Shown piece after piece: positions 50,201 through 60,252 of a stretch of 64,000 nucleotides of DNA (within the stretch, counting starts at the first letter, position 1; every line of letters starts with the position of its first letter). Under the pieces are notes generated by a model that did not search any database, was not told where the DNA came from, and was given only the letters and a program-made list of their open reading frames with translations. The DNA comes from Hormiphora californensis. Its lineage: Eukaryota > Animalia > Ctenophora. Location of the stretch: NCBI GenBank assembly GCA_020137815.1, contig CM035362.1, forward strand, positions 6,200,001 to 6,264,000, given 5' to 3'. The position numbers and the translations under genes were made by a program.

Positions 50201-53091
50201 GTATGTATGGCATCCATTTCAAATGGACCAGGAACCGACCGAATCAGGAAATACTGGTCCCTGATTGGCTGATAACCAGTCACATGACCTAAATAACGAG
50301 TTCTGATTGGTTGTTTACTTGTGTCGGTCGGTTCCTGACCATTTGTGTCATATATTGGCCGTGGGAAACCAACCCAGGAGTCCTTCTCTCATCCAATCTC
50401 TCATTACTTGGGCTGTTCCAAAGTGACATCTAAGCGAATACCCTTCCCCCACTCTCAATAGGAAAAGACCCACTCGGTAAAGGTGGCCACACTTCATGAG
50501 GAAATGTCTCGCAAAATGGAGGGTCTCTCACAGGTACATACATTCAGTAATTAGTTAGTTAGTAGCCTGTACCCCTGTTTTGATATGTTAACCGTGGTAA
50601 CTATATATGGTAACCATGGTAACTATCATGGTAACCATGGTAACTATCATGGTAACCATGGTAACTATCATGGTAACTATCATGGTAACTATCATGGTAA
50701 CTATGTATGGTAACCATGGTAACTATCATGGTAACCATGGTAACTATCATGGTAACCATCATGGTAACTATCATGGTAACCATGGTAACTATGTATGGTA
50801 ACCATGGTAACTAATTGTAGGTGGGTGGTCTACAGAACCAGATCAGAATGTTGGAGAGCAGTTTAGAGCAAAGTAAGGTGGAAGCCGAGGGAATACAAGC
50901 TAAATGCACCAACACTGTAAGTAGTTATCACAGCGCTGGCAAGGGGGCTGATCTTACTTTCTTTGGACACAGAGCAGTTAGTTTATGGACATGCAATCTG
51001 CGGTTCATTCTCCTAAACTATGTGATACATTACCTTTACCCAATTGTGTCACAGAAGACTGCCCTGATCTCCGATGTCACACCCCCTTGTAACACGACAA
51101 CTTCCCTGAGTTTGTAATTGTCCCACCCCACTAAACAACTTTACTCTGTTTCCCCGCGGGTTTGAACACAACTTCCCCCTCCAGGTGACAGAGTACAGTA
51201 GTAAACTACTAGCCTCTGAGAAGAGATGCTCTGGACTCCGAGAGGAGATGGAAAGTATCAGGGATACAGTCAGATCACGTGATCAGGATATTGAGCAGCT
51301 GAAGATTCAACACGATCTAGCGTTAGAGAAGTTGAGGAGAGATCACATTACACGGGAGGAGCATGATCAGGCAGTGTTCAATTTGGAAACTGCTTACGAA
51401 ATGAATCTACAGGTAGTTATAGAGTACTTATTAGACATTAGGAATTAGAGATTGGAGAGGTGGATTGGTAACGAAGTTACCCCTCCCTTGCCGGCGCGCG
51501 AAGCACACCAAACAGAGTGTGAGGTGTCTTCGATACCAAAGAGGTGGACGTCACTGGACGGTGGTACGATCACAATTGTTCGTATCAGACCCTCCTTCAC
51601 CAATCTTGTGAAAAGGAGGGTTCTGTAAATTACCCCTTCTAAGTCTCTCACCCCTAACTCCTTCTCCCCCTAACCCCTTCTCCCCCTAACCCCATCCCCC
51701 TAACCCTTTCTCTCACCCCTTTCTCCTTCTCTCACCCCTAACTCCTTCTCTCACCCCTTTCTCTCACCCCTTTCTCTCACCCCTTCCCCCTAACCCCTTT
51801 CTCTCACCCTATCCCCCTAACTCCTTCTCTCACCCCTAACTCCTTCCCCCCTAACCTCTCACCCCTAACCCCTTTCTCAACCCCTTCCCCAATCCCCCTT
51901 TCTCAACCCCTAACTCATCCGCCCTTTTCTCGACGAGTGTACCAGTATTGGTGTAACAATAACCCCTTCCCTCTTCATTCTAGGAGCAGAGGACCCAGCT
52001 TGAGAGCGAGATGAAGCAACTGAGAGAGGAACTAGGAACAGATCATCTGGAGAGTGTTACAAAGAGACATCGGAGTGAAATTGAGGCGACACGGGCTGAA
52101 ATAATATTCGAAACAAGACAAGAATATGATGATAAAATGCGGTCGTGGAAGGTGCGTGTTTCTCTCTCTTTCTCTCCCTTTCACTCCAAACCACCCATCC
52201 CTCCGTCTCTATAAATCCCCCTCTCTTCCTCCAGGAGTCTCTCTCCCTCTGTCTCTATAACTCCCCCTTCTCTCGCTATAATCCTCCCCTCTCTCGCTAT
52301 AACTCCCCCTCTCTCGCTATAATCCTCCCCTCTCTTGCTATAACTCCCCCATCTCTCTCTCTCGCTATAACTCCCCCATCTCTCTCTCTCTCTCTCTCTC
52401 TCTCGCTATAACTCCCCCCTCTTCCCCCAGGAATCTATTGAGCACCCCTCTCTCCCTATATTCTATAACTCCCCATCTCTCTCTATGCTCTATACCCCCC
52501 TCTCTCCCAGGAATCCACTGAGCAACCCCCCCCCCCCCTCTCTCTCTCGCTATAACTCCCCCCTCTTCCCCCAGGAATCCACTGAGCAACCCCCCCCCCC
52601 CCTCTCTCTCTCGCTATAACTCCCCCCTCTTCCCCCAGGAATCCACTGAGCAACCCCCCCCCCCTCTCTCTCTCGCTATAACTCCCCCCCCCCCTTTCCC
52701 AGGAATATATTGAGCAACCCCCATCCCCATAACTCCCCTCTTCCCCCAGGAATCTATTGAGCAGCAGAACCTAGAGGAAATGAACCGAGTTATGTCAGAC
52801 AACAGCAGAGAGCGACAGAAACTTCTCCGGGAACTGGAACTCCTCCGTGATCACCACACAAACAAGAAAACACCTAACTCAGACCATTTAGACAATGTGG
52901 GTAGACTATCTGTTAGCTCGGAGTGCAGTGACCTCAGCCTGTTAGAGACTGAGTTCGAATATTTGAAGGAGATATTGTTGAGGTATCTGAAAGGGGAGCA
53001 TACTGAACAATTGTTGAAGGTCGTCATGGCGATCCTAAAATTTAGTGATAGAGAGAAAGCAGAGATTATCTCAAAACGAATTATGAGCTGA
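20610..53091 (+). CDS. GOLGA4: GRIP-domain trans-Golgi coiled-coil tether, golgin-245/GOLGA4-like; about 37 exons, about 2200-2560 aa depending on exon 6 choice
   Basis: N-terminus [12 protein letters not shown] (cf. golgin-245 MFKKLKQKI); C-terminal GRIP domain [38 protein letters not shown]; E/K/L/Q-rich coiled coil between. Phase-consistent GT-AG exons: 20610-20660, 20832-20990, 21183-21296, 21581-21709, 22539-22674, 27148-28217 (or 28283-28323), 28475-28522, 29060-29122, 29293-29422, 31127-31287, 31446-31551, 31842-32227, 32505-32624, 32755-32945, 33176-33263, 33406-33529, 33648-33793, 34602-34849, 35267-35412, 35934-36058, 36537-36677, 44169-44356, 44583-44748, 45191-45343, 46383-46527, 46688-46788, 46959-47059, 47230-47380, 47662-48903, 49198-49335, 49592-49813, 49901-50200, 50462-50533, 50821-50916, 51185-51412, 51984-52151, 52750-53091. 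Orthology to GOLGA4 rather than GOLGA1 is inferred from length and GRIP sequence. Confidence 0.85.
21305..21407 (+). mobile_element. CCAAT/GTCACGTGAC mini-element, rearranged copy
   Basis: CAGGAACCGACC...CTGATTGGCTGATACCAGTCACGTGACCTAAAT...GTCGGT, flanked by the direct repeat CGGTACATTA. Confidence 0.75.
21820..22538 (+). repeat. A/C-rich tandem repeats (CCAAACAAACACCC) interleaved with partial copies of the exon 5 acceptor
   Basis: CAGGG(C/A)GAGTCT... recurs at about 21825, 21884, 22192, 22290 and 22424, before the real acceptor at 22538. Confidence 0.85.
25980..26810. repeat. GA/CT-rich mini- and microsatellites in golgin intron 5
   Basis: GAGAGTTTGTTACATTAACTA units, GATATAAAGAGAGAAGTGAGAGAGAAG units and (CT)n tracts. 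Confidence 0.8.
27148..28217 (+). CDS. Large Ser/Pro-rich, probably disordered exon (356 codons), candidate alternative exon of the golgin
   Basis: The CCTATAG acceptor at 27147 is in frame with phase-1 exon 5 (G|CT CAG GAC ACC TAC AAG ATG). The GAG|GTGAGA donor is phase 0 and matches exon 28475. Contains repeated GLKNSKSSD motifs. Confidence 0.6.
28746..28991. mobile_element. MITE with ~65-bp TIRs starting TAG (Academ-like termini)
   Basis: TAGTGGGAGACACTAGCGTGGTA...CCAATTTCGTTTTTCAAAAAA / TTTTTTGAAAAACGAAATTGG...TACCACGCTAGTGTCTCCCACTA. The target duplication is not clear. Confidence 0.8.
30064..30643. mobile_element. Mutator-like MITE with a 9-bp target duplication, GGACTCTTTATCTA subrepeats and a (TAACCC)n core
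   Basis: ATTCACCAC|GGTGGGCGGACTCTAGTGCTA ... TAGCACTAGAGTCCGCACACC|ATTCACCAC. Confidence 0.88.
30653..31126. repeat. C-rich minisatellite (CCCCTGTATTCACCCC...) running up to the exon 31127 acceptor
   Basis: CCCTGTATTCACC recurs more than 10 times; the same motif forms the left flank of the 30064 element. Confidence 0.85.
36065..36236. mobile_element. Short pogo-like MITE, same family as 11280-12115
   Basis: TA|CAGTCGGACCCCGATTTAACGGC ... GCCGTTAAATCCGGGTCCGACTG|TA; the left TA is positions +5/+6 of the donor GTAATA. Confidence 0.9.
36724..43922. repeat. 7.2-kb satellite of a 31-bp unit inside golgin intron 21
   Basis: Unit GTGTTGTATAGTTGCACTACACTACCACCAT (starts at 36724 and 36755), roughly 230 units by length. 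It is highly homogeneous except for an indel-rich section at about 37880-40920. Confidence 0.97.
44960..45080. repeat. 12-bp tandem repeat GGGACAGAGAGA
   Basis: About 9 perfect units are visible. Confidence 0.9.
45672..46387 (+). repeat. 40-47-bp minisatellite, about 16 units, each with an RFX X-box-like GTTGCCATAGTAAC and a CCTAGCAAC half-site
   Basis: Unit GGTTGCCATAGTAACGTCCCTAGCAACAATTCCCCTCCCCGATA; the last unit supplies the AG acceptor and first bases (GTTGC) of exon 46383. Confidence 0.9.
47402..47492 (+). mobile_element. CCAAT/GTCACGTGAC mini-element, left-truncated copy
   Basis: CAGGAAATACTGGTCCCTGATTGG...CGGTCGGTTCCT, flanked by the direct repeat GCTCAACCCCC. Confidence 0.8.
48904..49135. 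repeat. GTTGTTAGGGT minisatellite beginning at the exon 29 donor
   Basis: Tandem TGTTGTTAGGG/TGTTAGTTGTTAGGG units start directly after AAG|GTGGG. Confidence 0.85.
50229..50337 (+). mobile_element. Full-length 109-bp CCAAT/E-box MITE with 13-bp TIRs
   Basis: AC|CAGGAACCGACCG ... CGGTCGGTTCCTG|AC; internally CTGATTGG twice and GTCACATGAC. Confidence 0.85.
50590..50813. repeat. 9/12-bp tandem repeat ATGGTAACC / ATGGTAACTATC (X-box-like)
   Basis: Repeated GGTAACCATGGTAAC; a short copy of the same repeat occurs at 54456-54487. Confidence 0.88.
52220..52749 (+). repeat. C/T-rich tandem repeat carrying several copies of the last-exon acceptor
   Basis: CCCAG|GAATC(T/C)A(T/C)TGAGCA at about 52430, 52510, 52574, 52638 and 52702, before the real acceptor at 52749. 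Confidence 0.85.
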
Positions 53092-54834
53092 TACCCAGCT
53101 GATAGTACAATTATCATGATATTATTTTAATGGGACACGTGTTCATGATCATATAGGATTGTGAAACTACAATATATATTAGTGAGGAAGTTTAGTCTTC
53201 TCCTTCCGGATGGACAAAATGAGTAGACGGGGTTTTTATTGTAGAAGAATATACAAGTATATTGGTTCGCTGGCGGACAGATCGTGTTTTATGAAAGATA
53301 TCGGATATTGAGAAAGCGATACCGGATACCACGGCGTGGTAACTAGTGCGTGGTAACCGTGGTAACGGTGCTAACTCAACAACACAAATACAGATTGAGA
53401 CATGATATAGTGATTCTGATAATTGTTAATTTATTATAAGTGTGGTTGTAAAAATAAGATAAGCGTGTCTTTACAGTTTTAAGTATAACGTTACCATGGT
53501 TATGCGAGGGAGTTATGTGATGGATGTGATTCCTTTCTGGTATCACCAGACCCAGAGAATCAATTAAACGCGTTTAATTGATTCTATGAGCGTGTGAAAC
53601 ACTGTTCTGAAACACTGTTCTGAGACACTGTTCTGAGCGCTCAGATCGGGTCTGACCAGACAGCTGTCTGGCGCCGCGACCCATCTGAGCGCACTGTCGC
53701 CAACAAATCAAATTGGGGTCTGGCGCCGCCAGACAGCCAGACAGTATGATTCTAATTAATTAATCCTAATTAATTACAGCGTATATAATTGAGATTCTAT
53801 CGGTGCCTAACGAAGTGCCGTTTGATTGCGTGATTGTGAAGAAGGCAATTATTTTCTCGGTATTTGTTTTCTTTTTTTCTGATTTTCTTTTCACCACTTC
53901 CACTAAAGTACCAGTGTTTGTTATTTGATATACCAGCCAATAATAAGGGGACATTGGAAACAGCCCACCAAGCAATACCACTCAGAGCTATCACCATTCA
54001 CCAATGCGGTTTAAAAATAAAAACTCAGTTGTATAAGCATGTGCACACACGTCCGGCCAATGATCTGACCATGGCTATTGCACGCTCTGACAGTGCAGTG
54101 CACTCGCACGTTTTACTTTTTGCCCCAGATTGTTGTTTCCAATGTCCCCTTTACCAAAACACGGATATTTTATTAAATGTAAGAGAATTGAATTAGAATA
54201 TAACAGTAAAGGAGGGGGGAATGTTCAGGTGGGAAAACAAAAATAAATAGAGACAGGTGCACAACCAAAATATATATATTATCTTCTCCTCTCCCTGCCC
54301 AAAAAAAGGGGGGGCGAGGGGGGACGAGAAGAGTGGACCTATCTCTCTACCATGGTTGGTATTCCATAAACAAAAACAGGGGGGTTGTGGGGGGATACAT
54401 ATTGGAGTAATCAATTTGATCAAAAATTAATAATGCGCCCCTGGGCACATCACACATGGTAACCATGGTAACTATCATGGTAACCATAATGCGCCCCTAG
54501 GCACATCACACAAAGTGTCCATATATTGTGCTGAGTTACATAGTTGAAAACAACTGCATTTCTTCTTTAGTGTGCTGGTTGGGGCATTTAGAACGTCTAA
54601 AACACTTCACTCCCCACTGGCATGGCTGCTTCCTGGAGCCTTGTTTCTGAAACAGTGTTGCAATTAGTATCTCTATTATTGTTTTGATACAATGCACCAA
54701 ACCGAATTCTTATCACAGAGATTATAGACTTGAGATATAAAACAGATATATTGTGTCCTCTCACCTGTTTGGAAATATCGGTTTCACCAGCAGTCGTCCA
54801 GCCAGCAGATTTACCCTTCTGAAACAGTAAAGAG

Positions 54835-54990
54835 GTAACAGGGGGGTGATAGATTCTATGAAACAGGTAATTACAGGGGGGCCGATAGATTCTAGTAAAC
54901 AGTTAATTACAGGGGGGCCGATAGATTCTAGTAAACAGTTAATTACAGGGGGGCCGATAGATTCTAGAAACCAGGTAATTACAGGGGCAC
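54835..54990. repeat. 33-bp tandem repeat, about 4 units
   Basis: ATTACAGGGGGGCCGATAGATTCTAGTAAACAGTTA-type units. Confidence 0.85.
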
Positions 54991-55272
54991 TATGGGGTCA
55001 ATTCCCCATAGTGAGGGGCCGATATTATTCTAGAAAATCATAGTACGGAAGTAGGGTAACTTCTTCTGGGGAACAAAAGAGACCCCGCTCTTTGAACAAC
55101 TAAAGACCGCTCCCGCGCAGCATCACACTGCTGACAATGTGTACTTTTCATTGATGGCGCGCAACTTTCACGGGGCGCCAGCGCGACTATCACGTTTTAG
55201 CGAGGAGATAGGCCTAAAAATATACTTCTTGCAGCAGCCTTGGACCTGCATTCTCTCTATTTTCAATAGCTG

Positions 55273-55303
<31 letters not shown>

Positions 55304-55732
55304 TTTCCAAATGCGTCCCTCACTTGTGCTATTTGTGGTATAAAACGTGAACAAAACAAGAACAAATGTGGGACGACTGAAAATCTGCAAGGAATGAACG
55401 AATTCAGAAAATAATTATAGAGAGGAAAAGAGAGAAGAGAGAGAGAGAAGATAGCGATACGATGAGAGAGACAGAGAGAGATAGGATAGAGCATATATGA
55501 GACTCTGAGATGATGGATAGCTCTCAAGAAAGAGGTTCAGATTAGTATGGCAGCGCATCTCGCGATTGCTCTCTCCGCTATATTGATATCTCTCTCGCGC
55601 GCTATCTCGCGAAAAATGCCCCTTGGTACTGTGTGTCAAGTGATGCCCTGTTTTGTACTGTGTGTCAAGTGTCCCATATGGTAACTGTGTGTCACGTGAT
55701 ATGCCCATATATGGTAACTGTGTGTCAAGTGA

Positions 55733-57932
55733 TCACTGCGCTGGCAAGCGCAAAGGTGACCATCCCCTCCCCCCAGCCGCGCGTGCCAGAGTGCAGTAAT
55801 AACTTTTTTCAGTTTTTAGCTAAAAATGGCATTTTGCGACGCCCATAGCGAGGCCCCCACTGCACCGATCGGTCTGAAATTTGGTATATAGTGTCACATA
55901 GTCTAGATCTACTGTAGTTTAAAAGGGCAAGTCTCTATCTTTTTTAGTTTTAGAGATATGGTATCGTGAAAAAAGCAATAAATGTCCCGGGTCTATCTAT
56001 CTATCTATCTATGTATCTATGTATCTATTAGTAAGGTGATAAGCCAGGAACACCACAAAAAAATTTGTTACAAAGGAATTCCACCTCAAATGTACTCCTA
56101 AGGGTCCCCTCTATCGACTCCAACCAATGCTCATATTTGCTCAGGGGTGCTAAGGCCTCATTTCCGGGTGGGCGTGGTACCTGTATTTTCAGCCTGAGGC
56201 CAAAACCATAAGTATCCTTAAAATAGGAGTAGAGATAAAATCGAGGGCACTAAAGTGATCAGCGCCCTCGCATTAGTGGGGGTAGGTGCCGGAATTAAGT
56301 CTCTATCTCAACTGGTTAATGAGATAATTGGATAATTAGGTTTGCGCACAACCGTTTTTTGGCTATATGGCTATAGCCACTTAGGAATGGTTTAGAGACT
56401 TTTCATTGGTGCCATTTTGTAGGCAAAACGAAGTTATGGGGGGTCGACGTCGGACTTTTAAGCTCTATCTTCAACCGTTTAGCCGTTATTTGGCTTTTAA
56501 GATTCTCCAAATGAGCTAAATACGGTAAAAAACCCCGATTTTGAACACCGTTAAAGCCAAATAACGGCTAAACGGTTGAAGATAGAGCTTAAAAGTTCGA
56601 CGTCGACCCCCCATAACTTCGTTTTGCCTACAAAATGGCACCAATGAAAAGTCTCTAAACCATTCCTAAGTGGCTATAGCCATATAGCCAAAAAACGGTT
56701 ATGCGCAAACCTAATTATCCAATTATCTAATTAACCAGATGAGATAGAGACTTAATTCCGGCACCTACCCCCACTAATGCGAGGACGCTGATCACTCTAG
56801 TGCCCTCGATTTTATCTCTACTCCTATTTTAAGGGTACTTATGGTTTTGGCCTCAGGCTGAAAATACAGGTACCACGCCTACCCGGAAATGAGGCCTTAG
56901 CACCCCTGAGCAAATATGAGCATTGGTTGGAATCGATAGAGGGGACCCTTAGGAGTACATTTGAGGTGGAATTCCTTTGTAACAAATTTTTTTGTGGTTG
57001 AGGCTAAAATTTTAGTTAAATCACCTTATTATATGGATAGACGCTGTTTTTACCAAATTTATAATCATTTTTGAGAGAAAACGACATAAGATAGACACTT
57101 CTCGTTTGTTGCATTCGAAAGATAATCGTTCAAATTGTGTAGACGAATAGTTTTCATGTTCTAGGTCCAACCAGAACGTCTTAACAAACTGTCATAAAGA
57201 TACGAGTTTTTTCAAATCAACCAAATTTCTTTGAGCTCAATTTACACCCTGAAGACGGCTTCTGATTGAAAAACGGAGACCACACTTACGAAAGATAATC
57301 GTCTATACTTTCAGAAACTATATTGCGAATTCGTGAAACTCTATATCTAAGGGTCTCAAATCGCGTCTGAAGTGTTAAGACTGTATGAAAATAGATATGA
57401 CGATAGTGCGATTTTCGCCATAGCGACCTCAAATCTTGTCCAATCGATCTCAAACTTGGTCAGCATCTTTACCTAGATGAGCCTGATAATAATACATACC
57501 TATCATGACGTTATAACGTCGTGACGTTACGCTATGACGTCATAATGACGTCAAAATTGAAATTTTCGTATTTTAGCGATTCCTGACGGTCTTTACACGT
57601 CCAGACATGTCTTACATCGTATTTCACATCAGAAAATACCAAAAATATACCCCAATTATGCCAAAAACTAACAGAAATTAGTTGACTGGAGAGGTGACCA
57701 TTTTGTTGTCAAACTGACACCTTTGCCCTGCCCGGGTTACGGATATCATCGATGGGGTAAATCAGGGGTAAATCAGGGAGTTTGAGAAGAGAGAAAGAGA
57801 GAGAGAGATAGGGGAGAGAAAGAAATCAGAGAGGGAAAGATAATGATGAAACCCGGAGAGGGCAAAGGTGTCAGTTTGACAACAAAATGGTCACCTTTCC
57901 AGCCAACTAATTTCTGTTAGTTTTTGGCATAA
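55733..57932 (+). mobile_element. Non-autonomous Helentron/DINE-1-like element, copy 2, with a nested foldback
   Basis: A|TCACTGCGCTGGCAAGCGCAAAGGTGACCAT ... ATGGTCACCTTT...TTTTTGGCATAA|T; (TCTA)n tract at about 55992-56027; terminal hairpin 57656-57932; no target duplication is needed to explain the junctions. Confidence 0.78.
56030..57030. mobile_element. Foldback with ~445-bp inverted arms nested in the Helentron-like element
   Basis: CCACAAAAAAATTTGTTACAAAGGAATTCC (56053) ... GGAATTCCTTTGTAACAAATTTTTTTGTGG (56997); spacer about 56500-56550; outer TAAGGTGAT / ATCACCTTA inverted pair. Confidence 0.85.
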
Positions 57933-58993
57933 TATGCCCATGTATGGTAACTGTGTGTCAAGTGATATACCCATATATGGTAACTGTGTGTCAAGTGATA
58001 TGACCATATATGGTAACTGTGTGTCAAGTGATATGCCCATATATGGTAACTGTGTGTCAAGTGATATGCCCATATATGGTAACTATGTGTCAAGTGATAT
58101 GCCCATGTATGGTAACTGTGTGTCAAGTGATATGCCATGTATGGTAACTGTGTGTCACGTGATATGCCCATATATGGTAACTGTGTGTCAAGTGATATGC
58201 CCATGTATGGTAACTGTGTGTCAAGTGATATGCCATGTATGGTAACTGTGTGTCAAGTGATATGCCCATGTATGGTAACTGAGTGTCACGTGATATGCCC
58301 ATATATGGTAACTGTGTGTCAAGTGATATGCCCATATATGGTAACTGTGTGTCAAGTGATATGCCCATGTATGGTAACTGTGTGTCAAGTGATATGCCAT
58401 GTATGGTAACTGTGTGTCAAGTGATATGCCCATGTATGGTAACTGAGTGTCACGTGATATGCCCATATATGGTAACTGTGTGTCAAGTGATATGCCCATA
58501 TATGGTAACTGTGTGTCAAGTGATATGCCCATATATGGTAACTGTGTGTCACGTGATATGCCCATATATGGTATCACGTTTTGAGAGGATTGGAGCTGAT
58601 GTTTGATAAATAAATGACGACACCATATCCCTAGAACACACGGGATATGTGTTAAAACTTGTGTGAGCGAATAGACCGTCTGCTCCGATAGTTAGGTCAA
58701 TATTACACCTATATGCAGATATTTGTAAAGAATTCTAATAATTTAGATCTCAGGCTGTTTGAGGATGTTATCAGTAATGTTTCTACAATTTAAAATGATT
58801 TAAAAAAAAATTTAACAAGATTTAAAAATTATTAAAATGAGATCTGATCAGGATTAAAAATCTGATCAGGAAAAAAATCAAATGTTTTTACCTTTTTTGC
58901 GGTTTACTCTCCCCAGAAAACTGTAGGGGTTTGGACCACGCGTTTTTAACATTTTTACTCGTCGGTGCGGACGTTGACAGGTTTACACTGAGA

Positions 58994-59039
<46 letters not shown>

Positions 59040-59418
59040 GAGAGATAGAGAGAGAGGGAGAGAGAGAGAGAGAGGGGGAGAGATAGAGAGAGGGGGAGAG
59101 ACTAAGTGAGAGAGATAGCGGTTACAGTAGTGGCTGAGAGTTGGTGTTTTGGTCGTAGGTTGTAGATCTAAGAAATAGCCTAGGTCAGAAAAAGTAAGCT
59201 GCTGAGAGAGAAATATAAAAGAAAGATAGAAAGAGAGAGAGCGAGAGATGAAAGATATAGAAAGATAGAGAAAAGATAAATATATGCCGATTACGGGTGG
59301 ATTGACGCTAGTTGTAAGCATAGCACTGTGAAAGAATGTTACATATTTCATGTTTAATTCTCTTCTCGTTTGTGAATGACCGTGACAATTGACAATATGT
59401 GATACATGAAAAGAGAGG

Positions 59419-59483
<65 letters not shown>

Positions 59484-59486
59484 TGT

Positions 59487-59519
<33 letters not shown>

Positions 59520-59575
59520 TGAGAGAGAGGGATTCAGTGCGTCTGTGTACAGGAGAGGAACATTACTAGATATTG

Positions 59576-60252
59576 CTACAGGGATATTGGTAGAGAACTT
59601 GACCACAAACTAAAATAGAAAGACAGGAAATGAGAAAGTCATTGGCTGCTGCTACTTACCTAAAATTATTATTTAAAGAGTTCCATCCCGAGTGATCTCC
59701 ACCTCCATCTCCAATAATTCCGTTATTAAGAGAAAGTGATTCAAAAGGGACAGATAGAAACTCCTGAGGAGGGGGGCCACTGAAAGAGGATGCTTCCACC
59801 GTCTTGTGCAGAAAGTCATGGACGGACATGTTCTCAAGAGTAGAAGAGGGCGGTGTAGGAGGGGTGTTGGAATTCAGATAAGGGACTATCCGAGATGTGT
59901 CACTTTTTATCGTTTCTCCGTTAGACCAGGGTGTATGGGAGGGTGACTGTTCCCAAAGATCAGGTTTCCTAAACCCGTCCATCCCATCGAAAATACTACA
60001 ATTCTTGTTCCCCAGAGGGAGGTTCGATGAGTAAGACTCACTTCCGTACACATCAAAATTGAAAAGGTTCGGTTCGCTGTTGTCCCAACCCTGGTCCCTG
60101 ATTGGCTGATTACCAGTCACGTGACCTAAATAAAGAGTTCTGATTGGTTGTTCGCTGTTGTTGTTTGAAAAGTATGATTGGGCGTTGAACATAAAATCGA
60201 TAGAATGTCCGCCCTTTCCAGATGTTTGAAACTCCGAGTCGAAGATACTCAT
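59576..60252 (-). CDS. Orphan Ser/Asn/Pro-rich protein, about 208 aa; exons 60252-59660 and 59609-59576 (3' structure uncertain)
   Basis: ATG follows a TTTTAG acceptor at about 60265; 197 open codons of non-repetitive sequence; AG|GTAAGT donor; a 50-nt intron ending in a pyrimidine-rich TTTTAG. No recognisable domain. Confidence 0.5.

Larger units (their letters stand above)
55628..58575. repeat. 33-bp satellite split by a 2.2-kb insertion (blocks 55628-55732 and 57933-58575)
   Basis: Unit GTGATATGCCCATATATGGTAACTGTGTGTCAA; GTGA|TATGCCC is rejoined exactly when 55733-57932 is removed. Confidence 0.9.

Noticed and set aside
51465-51540. Twister or hammerhead ribozyme
   Set aside because: The conserved catalytic cores (hammerhead CTGANGA/GAAA; twister TAA...GTCCCAAGC) are not present on either strand.
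57891-58606. MGISLDTQLPY repeat proteins
   Set aside because: They are open frames of the 33-bp satellite with no splice or start context.
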